DNA of 60,584 nucleotides, counting the filler, from Platydemus manokwari (Eukaryota): the NCBI GenBank assembly GCA_037951405.1. It is 5 parts of 5 records of this genome, joined end to end, with 100 filler letters (N's around TTAATTAATTAA, not from the genome) between each part and the next. Parts side by side here need not be neighbours in the genome. Positions count along the whole stretch, not along the records: positions 1 to 12,101 come from JBBMOY010302225.1; 4 more parts are not named here. One strand, 5' to 3'. A program made the position numbers and the translations under genes. The notes beneath the pieces are model-generated. The model had not been told where the DNA came from, did not search any database, and saw only the letters and a program-made list of their open reading frames with translations. Below, piece by piece: positions 1 to 12,201 of this stretch (positions within the stretch are counted from its first letter, which is position 1; each line of letters begins with the position of its first letter).

Positions 1-70
<70 letters not shown>
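1..70. repeat. (ATA)n microsatellite
   Basis: Perfect ata repeat from base 1 to about 70. Confidence 0.98.
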
Positions 71-71
<1 letters not shown>

Positions 72-489
72 TAGTAAATTATTGCTAATTATAATAACTG
101 GTGTCCATACCAGAGTTTTTCAATTTCTAACCCCATTTAAAAGAGGTATCTGATCGAAAATTAATTGACGCAATTCTCACGAAAATTACACTCGATCAAT
201 CATTATTTACACCAACATTTGACATTAAATGCAATCACTATAACAATTATTCCATTAATTATTGAACATTTTCTTCAAATATCCACGTAAAAATAGTTGT
301 CGTCATCAACGATTTATTTCTCCAGATAAAATATAAAAATATCCATTGTGGGTAAAATTATTAAAATTAATTTTGTTCAACAAAAACGTAATTCAGTTCA
401 ATGTATTTTTTGTTTTAATGTATCATTTTAATTTAATGTATCATCTAATGAATTTAAAATTTTGTTTAAACTTGTGATTGATTTATAAT

Positions 490-2400
490 AGGAAGACTCG
501 TCATCAGTACATCGATTATTAAAAACTGAAACAACAATGATAAGTTAAATATTAATGTAGAAATTAAGCTTCTTCAAAGAAAATTATAGAATCCATTCAA
601 ATGATCTACTTATAATTATAAGTAGTTTGATTCGAAGTTTGAATATCGAAAATTTTTAAGGAGAATATAAAGATTTATTAAAAGTACCGCTTCAATTTTT
701 AGTAACACCAAATACTGTTTTTTCCTTACAATTCATAGTGAACTTCGGATCGTAGAAGAAGATTGATTATAATATTAATATGTGCATTAGACTTAGACAG
801 CAAAGTGCTTCTATTTCAGTTAATTATGATTGGAGATAGGATTCTTGGGCTAGCTATCAGTTACACAAACCAATCTTCACTATCATATATTTCTTGGAAT
901 ACTCCTATATTTTTTTAACTTGATGACATCCTTATATTTCTACATTTATATGTGAATAAAGGAATATTGAGAAATTTCAATGAATAACTCTGATTTCTCC
1001 TTGTGTGATATTCTTTGCTGATACGAATAAAAAAGCATTGTATATACACATTATAATACTCAAGGTTTTCTTGAATTGATCCCATAAAAATTGAATTGAT
1101 ATTGTAACTAATGCACCCAACACTCGAACGGTCTTACTTTATTATAAATATAAAAATATATTTCTAAACGAATATTTCTTGCAAACTATGGTTTAGAAAT
1201 TTTTATGGAATCTAATGAATCGAGTCTCAAATGAGCTCTTATAACAATTTTTGAGCTTTGGTGGTTTTCTACTTCATAATTTTCCTTCTTTCCAGGCCAT
1301 CCTACTATTTTCAGACCTTTATATATCCTGAATATCTCAATGATCAGATCGTTTTTATCGCAGGATATTGCTCCTTTATAATAATTTATATCCATTTGCT
1401 GCTCATCATTTTCTCCACCGAACTTACTATCGAAGTCTGAATGTTTTCGGCAGTATTGATCTAAAGATTAGGAATTCTATCATGAAACATCATTGATTTT
1501 CTGTCGTGTATCTTGTAATTTTCTTTTAAATAGTTTTGTTCGATTTGGAATAAAAGTGCCAAAGAAAATAAGGGATAAAATCGCAAAATAAGTTGTTCAA
1601 GGAATTGTGCACGGATGCACAGTAATTACTTGTGCCGGTAGATGCTTTCAATGGACCAATAATATTTAACTACTTAATCCAACAAATTATACCTTTCTTG
1701 TATTCATTCATATGTTATATATTTGATAGAATTTGATGGTTTTTCTGCTTTTAAGATCTGCTTGGCTTGCGATATCGATGAAAGAATTTTATCAATATCT
1801 TACTCTTAGTAGTACCAAAGCGTAGGTAGCGTATATTAATTAAATAAATGTGAATATATCTTATGACAATAAATTGAGGTCAATGAAGTTTATTTACGAT
1901 TTAAAAATACCGCAATAATAACAAGTGTGTGATTTGACAAATATTTTGAGTAGCTCCGCCATGACCGGAAGATGTAAAGCAACTATTGTTGGGAATTAAT
2001 GCCACCCTACTCTGGATAAAAAGGTGAAATGAGGAATATACTAGAAAGAATTCAAATGTTCTTTGAGAATTTTGACAGGGTTAATACTCCCATAATAATT
2101 CCTTTTCCAGCATTATTATGCCATTGATTATAAAATCAAATTTTCCCATGGCTATGTTTCTATGACTTTTGAGAATAATTGTTGAAATTTTTTGATCAAA
2201 ATTTCATTGAAGGTCTTCTGATTTGAAATTTGGTTTTCAAAATTTTGTGACTCCTCTTACTATTGAACGTTTGTTGTAATACTTTTTTCATAATTTTCCT
2301 GACTGTCCCTTTCGGCGATGTGATTGGTTGACATTATTTACTGTTGTATTTATTTCCATGTGTTGCTATGGTGATTTATTAGTTATTTATTTGTTATTTA
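490..2400 (-). mobile_element. Highly decayed Penelope-like retroelement remnant
   Basis: Minus-strand CCAAT box and X-box-like motif at 2320-2375 resemble the ends at 28.6, 42.1 and 48.5 kb. There is an AGKG..VL stretch near 2100 resembling the PLE RT ADKG motif, and CTGATGA at 501-507. No intact ORF; boundaries approximate. Confidence 0.35.
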
Positions 2401-3445
2401 CATTGTATATTTTAAATTGTATCATTTATTTATTTATCGTCATTCAAATTATTTATTTTTAATTTATTCTTGAAAAAAAACTTGTTTAATTAAGTGAATC
2501 TGTATTATTTAGGCGATGTGGTACTCATTTAAGGAATGCTTGTTATTAACAATAATTCTTCAAAGTATAATTCGTATCATAAAATTATCAGTCGATTTTT
2601 TCAATTAGAAATGAACACGAATCAAGTTTTTTCAAGTAAAAATTTGCACGATAAACTTTTTGAACCCCCAATTCTATTGCATTTAAAATTTTCACGACAA
2701 TTATCTTTCAACTTTATGTATTGCTAATCTCTTAATGAATTTCCAATTTCTAAACTTTTCAAGTAAAATATTCAGTTCGTGATTCATTTAGATGGACATT
2801 GTAGACATAAAGAAATCCAGTCAACTATAAAACCAATTAATAATATAAATATCCTTGATTCTACTCGACAATATTTGATGTTCAAAGATAAGTTTTTTCG
2901 TAATTGCAGACATTTTAAGCAGTGGTTTTTATTTAATAAATAGGAAGATAAATTATAGAAAATCAATGAAATTTCCTGATTGATTTCAAAATAGCAGTTC
3001 AGTTTACTAGAACAAAGACATAACAGTCAAATTATTAATGCGTCTGAAATAAAAATTGTAACTTCAGTCTTCTGGGACATAAGTCAGACTTAAAAAATTT
3101 ATTTTTAACTCTCTACTAACACTTTTATCGCTTATATTTTCTATCAGAAATCTCAATTCATTTACTTCGCCGATTTGTATTTGTGACAATGACGTTTAAA
3201 TTAATTCAATATTTGCATTCAATATTAGCTGTATTTCGAAGGTGATTTCGTTGAAATTAAACTACTGATAAGTAAATATCGCTAACTGTCAGTTGGTTGA
3301 CAAAAGCAGAGAATTCGTCTAGAATTCAATACACAGCCTGTTGTCATTTTATTAAAAAATAAATATAGGTTTGAAAATATAGAATTTGAAGCAGTGACGA
3401 AATGTATTTCCACATTATAATCATTATTATCCATAAAATCTAACG

Positions 3446-4420
3446 ATGAACAACAAATCGTCGATTGATGTGCAAACTATATCTATTATTTCCTCCTTTA
3501 TTGGATCCATAGAAATATTGCTTATTGTTGGGGGTGTTTTTGGAAATATTGTCATTATTATTATCAATATCAACATGAAAATTCGTCCTTTTACCAAAGT
3601 CTTTGTCGTTTCGGAAGCAATTTGGGATAATGTTGTTTTATTGTTTCCGGGAGTTCAATTTTTTCTAAAGATTACCTATAATATAGAAATCCGTCATATT
3701 AATTCCTTTACTTGTAAATTGTTTTCCTTTGTCGGTTATTTTTCATCGGATTTATCCTCATGGATTCTCGTCGTACTGTCTTTGGAACGATTTCTCCTAA
3801 TCAAATATCCATTCAATTATCGACTGAAATCAGCAACCGGAAAGCAAGGGTTAATTATTTTGGTTTTCATTATCGGTGCTGGATTATTGAAAAATGGATA
3901 TTTTTTCATTTCATATTACGACGAAACCATTCAGATGTGTTCCCAATTTTCCCAAGTCGTCAGAATCATAATGTCGGAAATAGATTTGGTTTTCAATGTC
4001 CTTCTCCCATCGATTACAATTGTCATTTGTACTATTGGTATTCTGTATTTCGTTCTATCGAAAACGAAACGAATCATACCGAACAATATCAACCAATCGA
4101 TTGCGAATCCATTTCCGGAAATTTTAAAAATCGTTTTATCTATTTCGATATTCAATTTCATCGCCTCATTTCCGATGTCCGTTTTATCGATCTTATACAG
4201 TTATAAACCTTTATTAAGAGATAGTAATTATGCTAATGTTATTAGTTTGGTGTTGTCCAGAATGTTATACATCAGTAACAATTCTTTGAAATTTTATCTA
4301 TATTTATTTTTTTCCCGTGAATTCCGGCAACGGTTTTTCTCATACATAATGAGATTCGCCAGTGTTGTTTTGTTGATTAAAAATTTAATAGGCGGGCGAG
4401 TTTTTTATTTTTATCGATAA
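3446..4420 (+). CDS. Intronless class A (rhodopsin-like) 7TM GPCR, peptide-receptor-like orphan
   Basis: 324-aa ORF with seven hydrophobic segments: TM1 GVFGN, ECL1-TM3 FTCKLF, TM3 SSWILVVLSLERF (E/DRY equivalent), TM5 LLP, TM6 FP, TM7 NNSLKFYLY, helix 8 SREFRQ, and an N-terminal NKS sequon. Confidence 0.93.
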   Translation: MNNKSSIDVQTISIISSFIGSIEILLIVGGVFGNIVIIIININMKIRPFTKVFVVSEAIWDNVVLLFPGVQFFLKITYNIEIRHINSFTCKLFSFVGYFSSDLSSWILVVLSLERFLLIKYPFNYRLKSATGKQGLIILVFIIGAGLLKNGYFFISYYDETIQMCSQFSQVVRIIMSEIDLVFNVLLPSITIVICTIGILYFVLSKTKRIIPNNINQSIANPFPEILKIVLSISIFNFIASFPMSVLSILYSYKPLLRDSNYANVISLVLSRMLYISNNSLKFYLYLFFSREFRQRFFSYIMRFASVVLLIKNLIGGRVFYFYR

Positions 4421-4710
4421 AGGAATAATTGGTTTTATTGTCGTTATGATTATAGACGCTTTGTGAAATTATATTTCTCTTATCTTGTGCTGTTTTCTCA
4501 ACAAATACACAATTTGCAAATGTTTTTGGCTACTTTAAGTGAAATGAATTACAACTGAAGAATATATTATCGAACGCTGATGTGATAAATACCGCGTTTT
4601 GTTGTCTTGTGTATTAATAAAAATTAATTTACGAGCGTGAGAAAAAATTATATGACAAAATTCAATAATAATTTAATTAAAAATTTTAAATAAATAATTT
4701 ATATATATAT

Positions 4711-4845
4711 ATGCCTGATTAAGATTGGCCTTAAAAGCTCTCCGGAAATTTGTTTTAAAAATGTATGATAAGTTACGAAAATCGTATAAATAAATTCTTT
4801 CATTGAATTCTCAATTTTAAACGAAGTAGCTAATACTAACACTGA
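4711..4845 (+). repeat. Short dispersed repeat, copy 1 (copy 2 at 7713-7882)
   Basis: atgcctg..taagattg...tacgaaaatcg...tttaaacga.tagcta..actaa is shared with 7713-7882 in the same orientation. Confidence 0.7.
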
Positions 4846-5499
4846 ATATATTAAATAGTAAAAATGTTTGGTAAACACTTTTTTAACAATTTATTAATAA
4901 CTATTACTATATTAATTATCATTTTCTCTGATTTTGTTTTAATAAATTGTGTCCAAATATAGCAAAGGTGATACATCAGAAATTTCGGGACAAAATCAAT
5001 ATGAAGGAACCGACGATCAACTTGAGAAAGCTCTATCGTTTCTGGACAATCCAAATCAATCGAATTACCATAAAACTTACTCCGATGACGATAAATAACC
5101 AAACAGGAATATTAAGAGAAAAGAAGCTAGCTGCAAATGGATTGAAGACCCCTTATCGGAAAAATTGTCTTTTAAAATAAAATTATAATATAATTTATAA
5201 ATTATAATATAATTTCGAAAAACTTTAATTCTTAATTTTGAGTTTGTATGTATGGATTTAAACAAAAAAGGTCATTTATAGCTTATTTGGCTTAACATGA
5301 AATCCCTATCTAAATATAGCATCATTATTGTCTTATTTGATTCAATCCACTAATTCTGATTTTACGGATAATCTGACTCATGTTCTAATTCAGGCCATCT
5401 ACTGATTCAGAGTACTAAATCGATTCTGTTTGGAATTTTTGCAATGAATTAAATTATATTCTAATTTTTCTTACATTATTTATTAATAGATTTACTGAT

Positions 5500-6150
5500 A
5501 TGTAAATGTGCTGTGCATGTTTCTATAATTTTGATTTATAATAATTTGCACCTTTAATTTACCGTTGGAATCATAATTGGCACAAGAATCGGTTTTCTAC
5601 TTAATTATATTTTACAAACGGATTCATTTCTCTCTTTAATAATTCATATTTCATTCTCATAAACGTGTTTATTGGAGTTGCAATATTGATTTTGTTTATA
5701 TTTTGATTATTTCTTCTAATAATTTCTTCTACTTCACATCATGTTTACTGATATTTTATCAGCATGCCAACCGCAACAATTCAAACCTTTCTGATTTAAT
5801 TCCAAACAATCTCCTGTTGCACAATGGCTAATTTAATGCTCGATACTAATGATTGACTACTGCAAACACTTATTTAAGCTGATAGCAAAACAATTTTATC
5901 AATATTAAATGAGTAGAGCAATAAGTTGATATCCTGCTTGCAACATAGTGATTTGGTTTAGATCTTCCTGAATCGTTTGATTGCGATAGTGACGCATAAT
6001 AGCAGAAAGAATAAATTTTTAAAATATTTTACATTAAGGTGTTCCAGGAGTCATATTTATAATGGTTCATCATCGAAAAATCTCTAATTTTTTATTGATC
6101 AAATTTAAATTCAAGGTGGAAGTAATTCTGGTTGACGGCTATTTGATGGT
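5500..6150 (+). mobile_element. Decayed non-LTR (LINE) reverse transcriptase fragment
   Basis: Degenerate RT motifs in the expected order: GF (about 5588), a GV.QG-like region (about 5810), LI*AD as a YADD remnant (about 5870). Many stops. Confidence 0.4.
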
Positions 6151-6157
6151 ATCTACA

Positions 6158-6706
6158 TCAATTTACATGATAAGCATTCGATGATTTATCAATTATTTCC
6201 TCATCATCCATAAATGCAATGATTTCCTCATTGTTGTTTTTTAGATTTTCATCCACAAAAGAAGAGTACAAATCGATATGCTCCAAATCCGAATGAGCTG
6301 CAGTCGTATTGGTGAGATCAAAATCAATTGTTTTTAACGAATTCTGATCGGGTTGTATGAAGAATGAGTTTGATGGTTTTTTGGAAACCGGAACCCATCG
6401 TATTATTTTTCCGATAATCAAACATCCTTTGTCCGATATTAAAAACAAAACCACTAAACATAGAGCCATTGAATGTAATCCTATTATCAGTATGATATTT
6501 GGGTTGGAATCAATGAATGTGAAGAAGTGCTTATTGTAGGCATTGAATGATTTCTTGATATGATTTGACTGATATGCTGTTGTTGGAATCCTCACAAACC
6601 CATCCATAATTGTTAACACTCCAACAAGTTGAATGAAAAACGATATAAACAACAACACACCAAAGACGATTTGCAAAATCAACTTGCAATGTTTTGCAGT
6701 AACCAT
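6158..6706 (-). CDS. Orphan intronless membrane protein (2 TM helices, acidic C-terminal tail)
   Basis: A 182-aa ATG-initiated ORF is unlikely by chance in DNA this AT-rich. Hydrophobic segments LILQIVFGVLLFISFFIQLVGVLTIM and IILIIGLHSMALCLVVLFLI, with a D/E-rich tail. Confidence 0.65.
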   Translation of the reverse strand: MVTAKHCKLILQIVFGVLLFISFFIQLVGVLTIMDGFVRIPTTAYQSNHIKKSFNAYNKHFFTFIDSNPNIILIIGLHSMALCLVVLFLISDKGCLIIGKIIRWVPVSKKPSNSFFIQPDQNSLKTIDFDLTNTTAAHSDLEHIDLYSSFVDENLKNNNEEIIAFMDDEEIIDKSSNAYHVN

Positions 6707-7712
6707 GAATTGCCCAAAGTACTACTCCTTCCAATTAATTAGATTGGGGTTTTTTTACATTCTGACTGCTACTATTTCCGTTCATTATCGATTGACGATT
6801 TCAGTAGAAAAGTAATGCAATAGTATTTGAAAATGAATTTCAAATGTTCCCCACATGCACAATGGGTAATGGTGTATGTGTGCATTGCTATATTATATCA
6901 ATATTATTGTCTGGGCTAGAATTGGTCAACTATTGTTGTCCTAATTTATGTTTTTTTGAACAAAAAAAAGCTAGATAGGAAATTACAGTTGTTACGGATT
7001 GTTATGAAATTCAGGCGCTAGAAATTAATTTCAAAATAACTTCATAACTCTCAGGAAAATAAAAGAAAAAGTTTTAAGATTAAAAATTAGAGATTTGACT
7101 TGTTATTGTATAATTAATATGATCGCTCATATCTGATGGGATATTTATTATTTATAAAATTAAAATTCTGATTAGGTACAGATTGAATAAATTAATCATA
7201 ATGATAAAGAAATAATAATAAAAATTAATTAAGATAAAAGGGTTATCAATTAATTAGTTAGAAGACTAAAATGAGTATGTGATTAATGTGATATCTCGAA
7301 AAGTCATCAGAAAAGATTAAAGGTGTTATTAAAGCATAATACCGTAAGAATTGTGTCTTCTATTTAGTGTTCGAAATCAAATAAGGGTTTTTATCGCATT
7401 TATTCCAAAGTTAATAAAAGCAAATAATTTAATTTAATAAGCCATTCCTTTTATGCTATCATTACAAAATAATAATGATATGTATTTGTGAGGAAAATTG
7501 AAAGGAATAAATTTAATAATTTTATAACAACTTTAATAATGTTCTTAATAATAATTTCACTCATTTTAAAATGATGTATTTATATATTATGATGTATATA
7601 TATTAAATTTTATAAATTTAAATTTAAATAAATTATTTTAAAAAGTATTTAATATGAAGTGATTTTGAAATAATTCAAATATTTTTATTTATAGATAAAT
7701 ATTAATGTTTAT

Positions 7713-7882
7713 ATGCCTGTATAAGATTGCAAATAAAGAGGCTTTCTGGATCTTTATGTTTAAAATTTTTATTTAAAATTTTAAACTTTTTAATTAGTAT
7801 GGAATAATAAAAAATACGAAAATCGACTAAATGAATACTTTTAGTGAATCTTCGACTTTAAACGAGTTAGCTACCACTAATA
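7713..7882 (+). repeat. Short dispersed repeat, copy 2
   Basis: Aligns by eye to 4711-4845, with an AT-rich insertion. Confidence 0.7.
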
Positions 7883-8008
7883 ATATTAATATCTATTATT
7901 TAATGTTAGGTTAGAGTAGCTGTAATTGTTTACTTTAACAAGGTATGGGTCTAGTAATAAAAATCTTTCCTAAACTACCTATTAAACATAATAGATATAT
8001 TAGGCATA

Positions 8009-9182
8009 TTAGATTGTTGCATAAGTTACCTCTGTTACGTGAAACTATTTGTTCTTCAAAGACTTTTTGATGTTTGGCAAAGTGTTATATGCCATTAGAA
8101 ATCCCGTGCTATGTTCTACAAGATTAAAGTAATCGTTTTTGCCTATATTATTTTATGTCTTATTAAATCGCATTTTCAACATCTCGTTCTTTTCGCCTTT
8201 AATCGAGGTCAAAAAGCGAGTGAAGCTGCCAGAAATATTTGTGCCGTGCCCGGAGAAGATGATATTGCTGAGAGAACCTCAAAGACGTTCTTCGTTCCGG
8301 TAGACCAATCGGGATAGACGAAGATCAACTCGGGAATCTTTTGAAGGAAGATAGCCACCAGATATTCAGAGAATTGAGCGAAAAGATTTGTTGTGATTTT
8401 GTGACAATTTCACGCCACCTTCAGTTGATGGGTTTCACGTAAAAGCTCGGATTTTGGGTCTCGCATAAACTATTCAAAAACGAAATTTCGCTTGACACTA
8501 AGGAACCCATGGCCACAGGCAACGTTACTTATACAGAATCGTCATTGGAGACGAGAAGTGGTGTCACTATGTGAATATGAAGCAAAAGAAAGTGTTGGTG
8601 AGTACTGGAGAGAAGCCAAAACCCAAGATCAAGAAAGACGTGCACCCTATGAAGACAATAACTTGAGCATGGTGGAATTAGGAAGATATGATCCACTGGA
8701 AAATGCTTGGAAAAAACATGACAGTAGAGAAGAATCTCTACAAAGCCCAATTGCATCAAGTCAATGAGACAATTTAACAAAAAAAGACCGGATTGACAAG
8801 GCCTAGTGATCTTCCCTAATGACAATTTTCCACCGTACAACGCAAAAAATGTCAGGATGGCACTCCAAGATCTCGGTTGAGAGGTCCTTCAACATCCTCC
8901 CTATTCCCCAGACTTCGCTCCGATGGATTACTGCTTTTCAAATTAAATGAGGGGTCTTAACTTCGAAAACCAGGTTCATCTTTAGAATTGGCTCAACAAC
9001 TTCTTCGAGGCTGGACCTAAGGATTTCTATCGAAATGGAATCAATAAACCGGTGACAAGATGGGAAGAAGTAGTAAAGAATGAAGGTGAGTACATAATTG
9101 AGTGAATTGTTATTATTTTTGTTGTTAAAATTCTTTGAAAATCAATGTTTAAAAAACTGTGGTAACTTATGCAACAACCCAA
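8009..9182 (+). mobile_element. Mariner (Tc1/mariner, D,D34D) transposon, full length, defective transposase
   Basis: TIRs ttagattgttgcataagttacc (8009-8030) and ggtaacttatgcaacaacccaa (9161-9182), each flanked by TA. Transposase motifs KASEAARNIC, IVIGDEKW and HPPYSPDFAPMDY are broken by stops and frameshifts. The TIR resembles the cecropia-subfamily type. Confidence 0.95.
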
Positions 9183-9899
9183 TAAATATGCTCTATCATT
9201 ACCAATGGTTTGTTATTTTGTAATTCATGAAGTGAGATGCAATCACTTATCTTATTATTCCAGATTTCATCGTCAAACACCAATGATATTCCTTGCATTT
9301 TACGAAACTTCTCAACAAAATATAATAATCTATAAAATACAACCAGCCTTCAACGATATCTAAAAACAGCAAATGATGTAAGACGACAACGGTAACTAAA
9401 GTAGGCATGTGCTATAATTTTTACCGGCTACAATTATACTAGAAAGATCCAATTGAGTGTTTTTCAAATGCTGTTAAACAAGAATTTTATCTAAGTTTAA
9501 TTTTAATTTTATTATCGGCAAAAATCGAAGTTATTTATCATCAAATAAAATGAAAATACAATTGCAACCAATGATTATTAATTTAGAAATCTCTGCTACC
9601 GACATTTTATCAATAGCTAGTTTTTATAAAATGAAATTTAAACCCATATTTAGTTTTTTAATCTGAATACCATAGATTATCATTTTAAAAATCTTTTAGA
9701 ACTGGACCAATAATATTTTGTTGTAAATAGCAGTTTTTAAAAGAATATTTTTTGTTTTCTTTTTGGGATAATCGGCTTAAACACAAAATTCAAAAGACCA
9801 TGCTGCTTAAAAACTAATAAATATTTAAGTAAATCCATCAAATATTTTATAAATTTATTTATCTGCTTTATATTCTTGGTTTTAAAGGTCTATTCCAAT

Positions 9900-10850
9900 A
9901 ATAATGGATCGAAAATATATGCGATTTTTATCAATCGGCTGAAGTCAATGAATCTCAGAAAATAAATGATCATTCTCTCCCGACACCTATAGGATTCAGA
10001 GACTTTTTATTTTCATTATTATCTTCATAAAGAGTGAAATATAACAAATAACGGTTGCTTATTCCAATAGATAAATCATAATCTTTACCACCAGAGTCAC
10101 AAATTCCTGTAAATCAGCTTATAAAGACTCTATTTTGACATTCTTTCCAAAAGACAATCGCTATTAGTGATTAGTGGAAGTCCTATCAATCATTTTTGAG
10201 GTTTATTTGCCGACCTCTACCAGAATAGAGTTATGTTGATTACGAAAGAGAAAACCCCTCCATCACCACTGTTAGCGGGAAGTGCACGTTTAGTCGCTCT
10301 ACAAAGAAATATTAAATTCAGATCGCTTCTATGCTGATAAATATCAGATTATCAAAACGGATTTTCTTGATTGCATTCATTAATCCAGATGTATTATCAG
10401 TGTATTTATACGTACAAACATTAAGAGCAATTGGTCAGTATATATTGATCTACGACCTTCTTAACTTACCACATGAATAAGACTAACATCCACTCAATTC
10501 CGCAAAGAAACAATGGCTTTCTTTCAACTTATCAACAAGATCATTAATTGCCAATCAACGTCACGTTTGCTTTTCAAACTGACCCTATCACGGAAATTGA
10601 TTAATAAAATTATTGAGAGAAAATGAAGATAATCAGTACTGTGGTTTTCTTTATGATTTAATTATTCTAAAAATCATTGCGTTTAAACAATTAATAAATC
10701 GACTAAACAAGTCAAGCGAGCTTAGTATTCCTGTTTTAATCAACCGAAATGATGAGGCAGCAATCATTCAACACAAAGTGATTGAAAAGTTTTTTCGAAA
10801 ATATTAGACGGCTGTACAAATTGACTTTGATTAAAAATCTTCTTGACGAT
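9900..10850 (-). mobile_element. Decayed LINE reverse transcriptase fragment
   Basis: Minus strand YKYTDNT (YADDT remnant) at about 10390-10412, with an upstream G..EGS-like segment. Many stops. Confidence 0.45.
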
Positions 10851-12101
10851 TATTTATTGTATTTCTGTTGAAAATCTGTTTAATAAATATTTGTTTCCAG
10901 ATGACGGTTTTCTTATTATAGTATATCAACATTTATTCCCGGTGGGTGGTAATGTGATGACATGATTTAAGAGAATCAGTCAAATACGATTGGTATAGCA
11001 ATTTTATCGACGATATATATTTTTTTAGTTATCTCAATTATATAACTTGATTTTACGACACATTGGTTAGTTTATTGATAATAGGTATCATCAAACACAT
11101 ATACTGATGATTTATAATTTGTTATTTAATGTAACTGGTTATGTAATCTTTTCGGTTCTATCGATCGTTGATAAAGAGGTTCTCATATACAGAAAGATAA
11201 CCAAGCATTGCTTATTGCTACTGAGTTGTGACTAACAATCAATTTGTAATGATAAGTAACATTTATATTTAAAAAAAAATACAAAATCAAGATTATGTTA
11301 AATGATTTCGATAATCGAGGCCATTATGTACTTGCTGATTTAAGAAGAATTCAATCAGAAATTCCATAATCATTCCATGTAATTGTTTCCAAAACTAGAG
11401 CGGGTGTAGAAATACGAAATGAAGCTAAAGCTCATATCTCACCGCTACATTTATTCAACCGGGGAATAATAAGTCAGAATTAATTACCAGAGCAATGTTC
11501 TGCTGATATTAAATGAAACTAGCGAATAACTGCATCATAAATTCTTTTTGATAATCGTCGTCGATTATTTTGTTTCGCAAGAAATAAATTCTAAATTTAA
11601 CTTTTATTTTATTGGTTTAAATATTTTGTCTTTGTTAATAAAAATTTTAAGAAGACTGTCAGATATTTATTCCAAATAATAATATTATTATAAAATGAAA
11701 AATAATAATAATAGTTTCGTAATATTAATTATTGTTATATCTACAATGATAATAGCAGGAATAACTACAACGATATAAAAGTAGCAATGATTATTGTAAG
11801 CCATTAGTGTTTCATAAAGCATGAAAACGAACTGAAAAGCCACTCCACCAAATTATCTATTTAGCTACAATTATTTTAACAAATCAATTTTTTAATATAA
11901 AACCGGATCAAAATATCTTCAAATTTTTTTTATTTTTTTAAAATAATCTTCATTTTAAAAACCTCAAATCTCCATTTCTTTAAAATCTTTGATTTTCTAT
12001 GAATTTTTAATAATATCTGTATAAAATTCTTAAGATATTTGTCGTTTAAATTTTCTTTATATCTTCTCTTTGTCTTCTTGATATGTTCCTCCTTCCATAC
12101 T

Positions 12102-12201
12102 NNNNNNNNNNNNNNNNNNNNNNNNNNNNNNNNNNNNNNNNNNNNTTAATTAATTAANNNNNNNNNNNNNNNNNNNNNNNNNNNNNNNNNNNNNNNNNNN
12201 N
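12102..12201. other. Assembly spacer N44-TTAATTAATTAA-N44
   Basis: 100-nt gap with a central 12-mer that has stops in all six frames; identical at four positions. Confidence 0.97.

Noticed and set aside
3760-4206. 148-aa and 76-aa ORFs overlapping the GPCR
   Set aside because: Alternative-frame and antisense shadows of a real CDS, with no recognisable motifs.
12146-12157. Palindromic TTAATTAATTAA as a biological site
   Set aside because: It is always centred in exactly 88 Ns, so it is an assembly linker.
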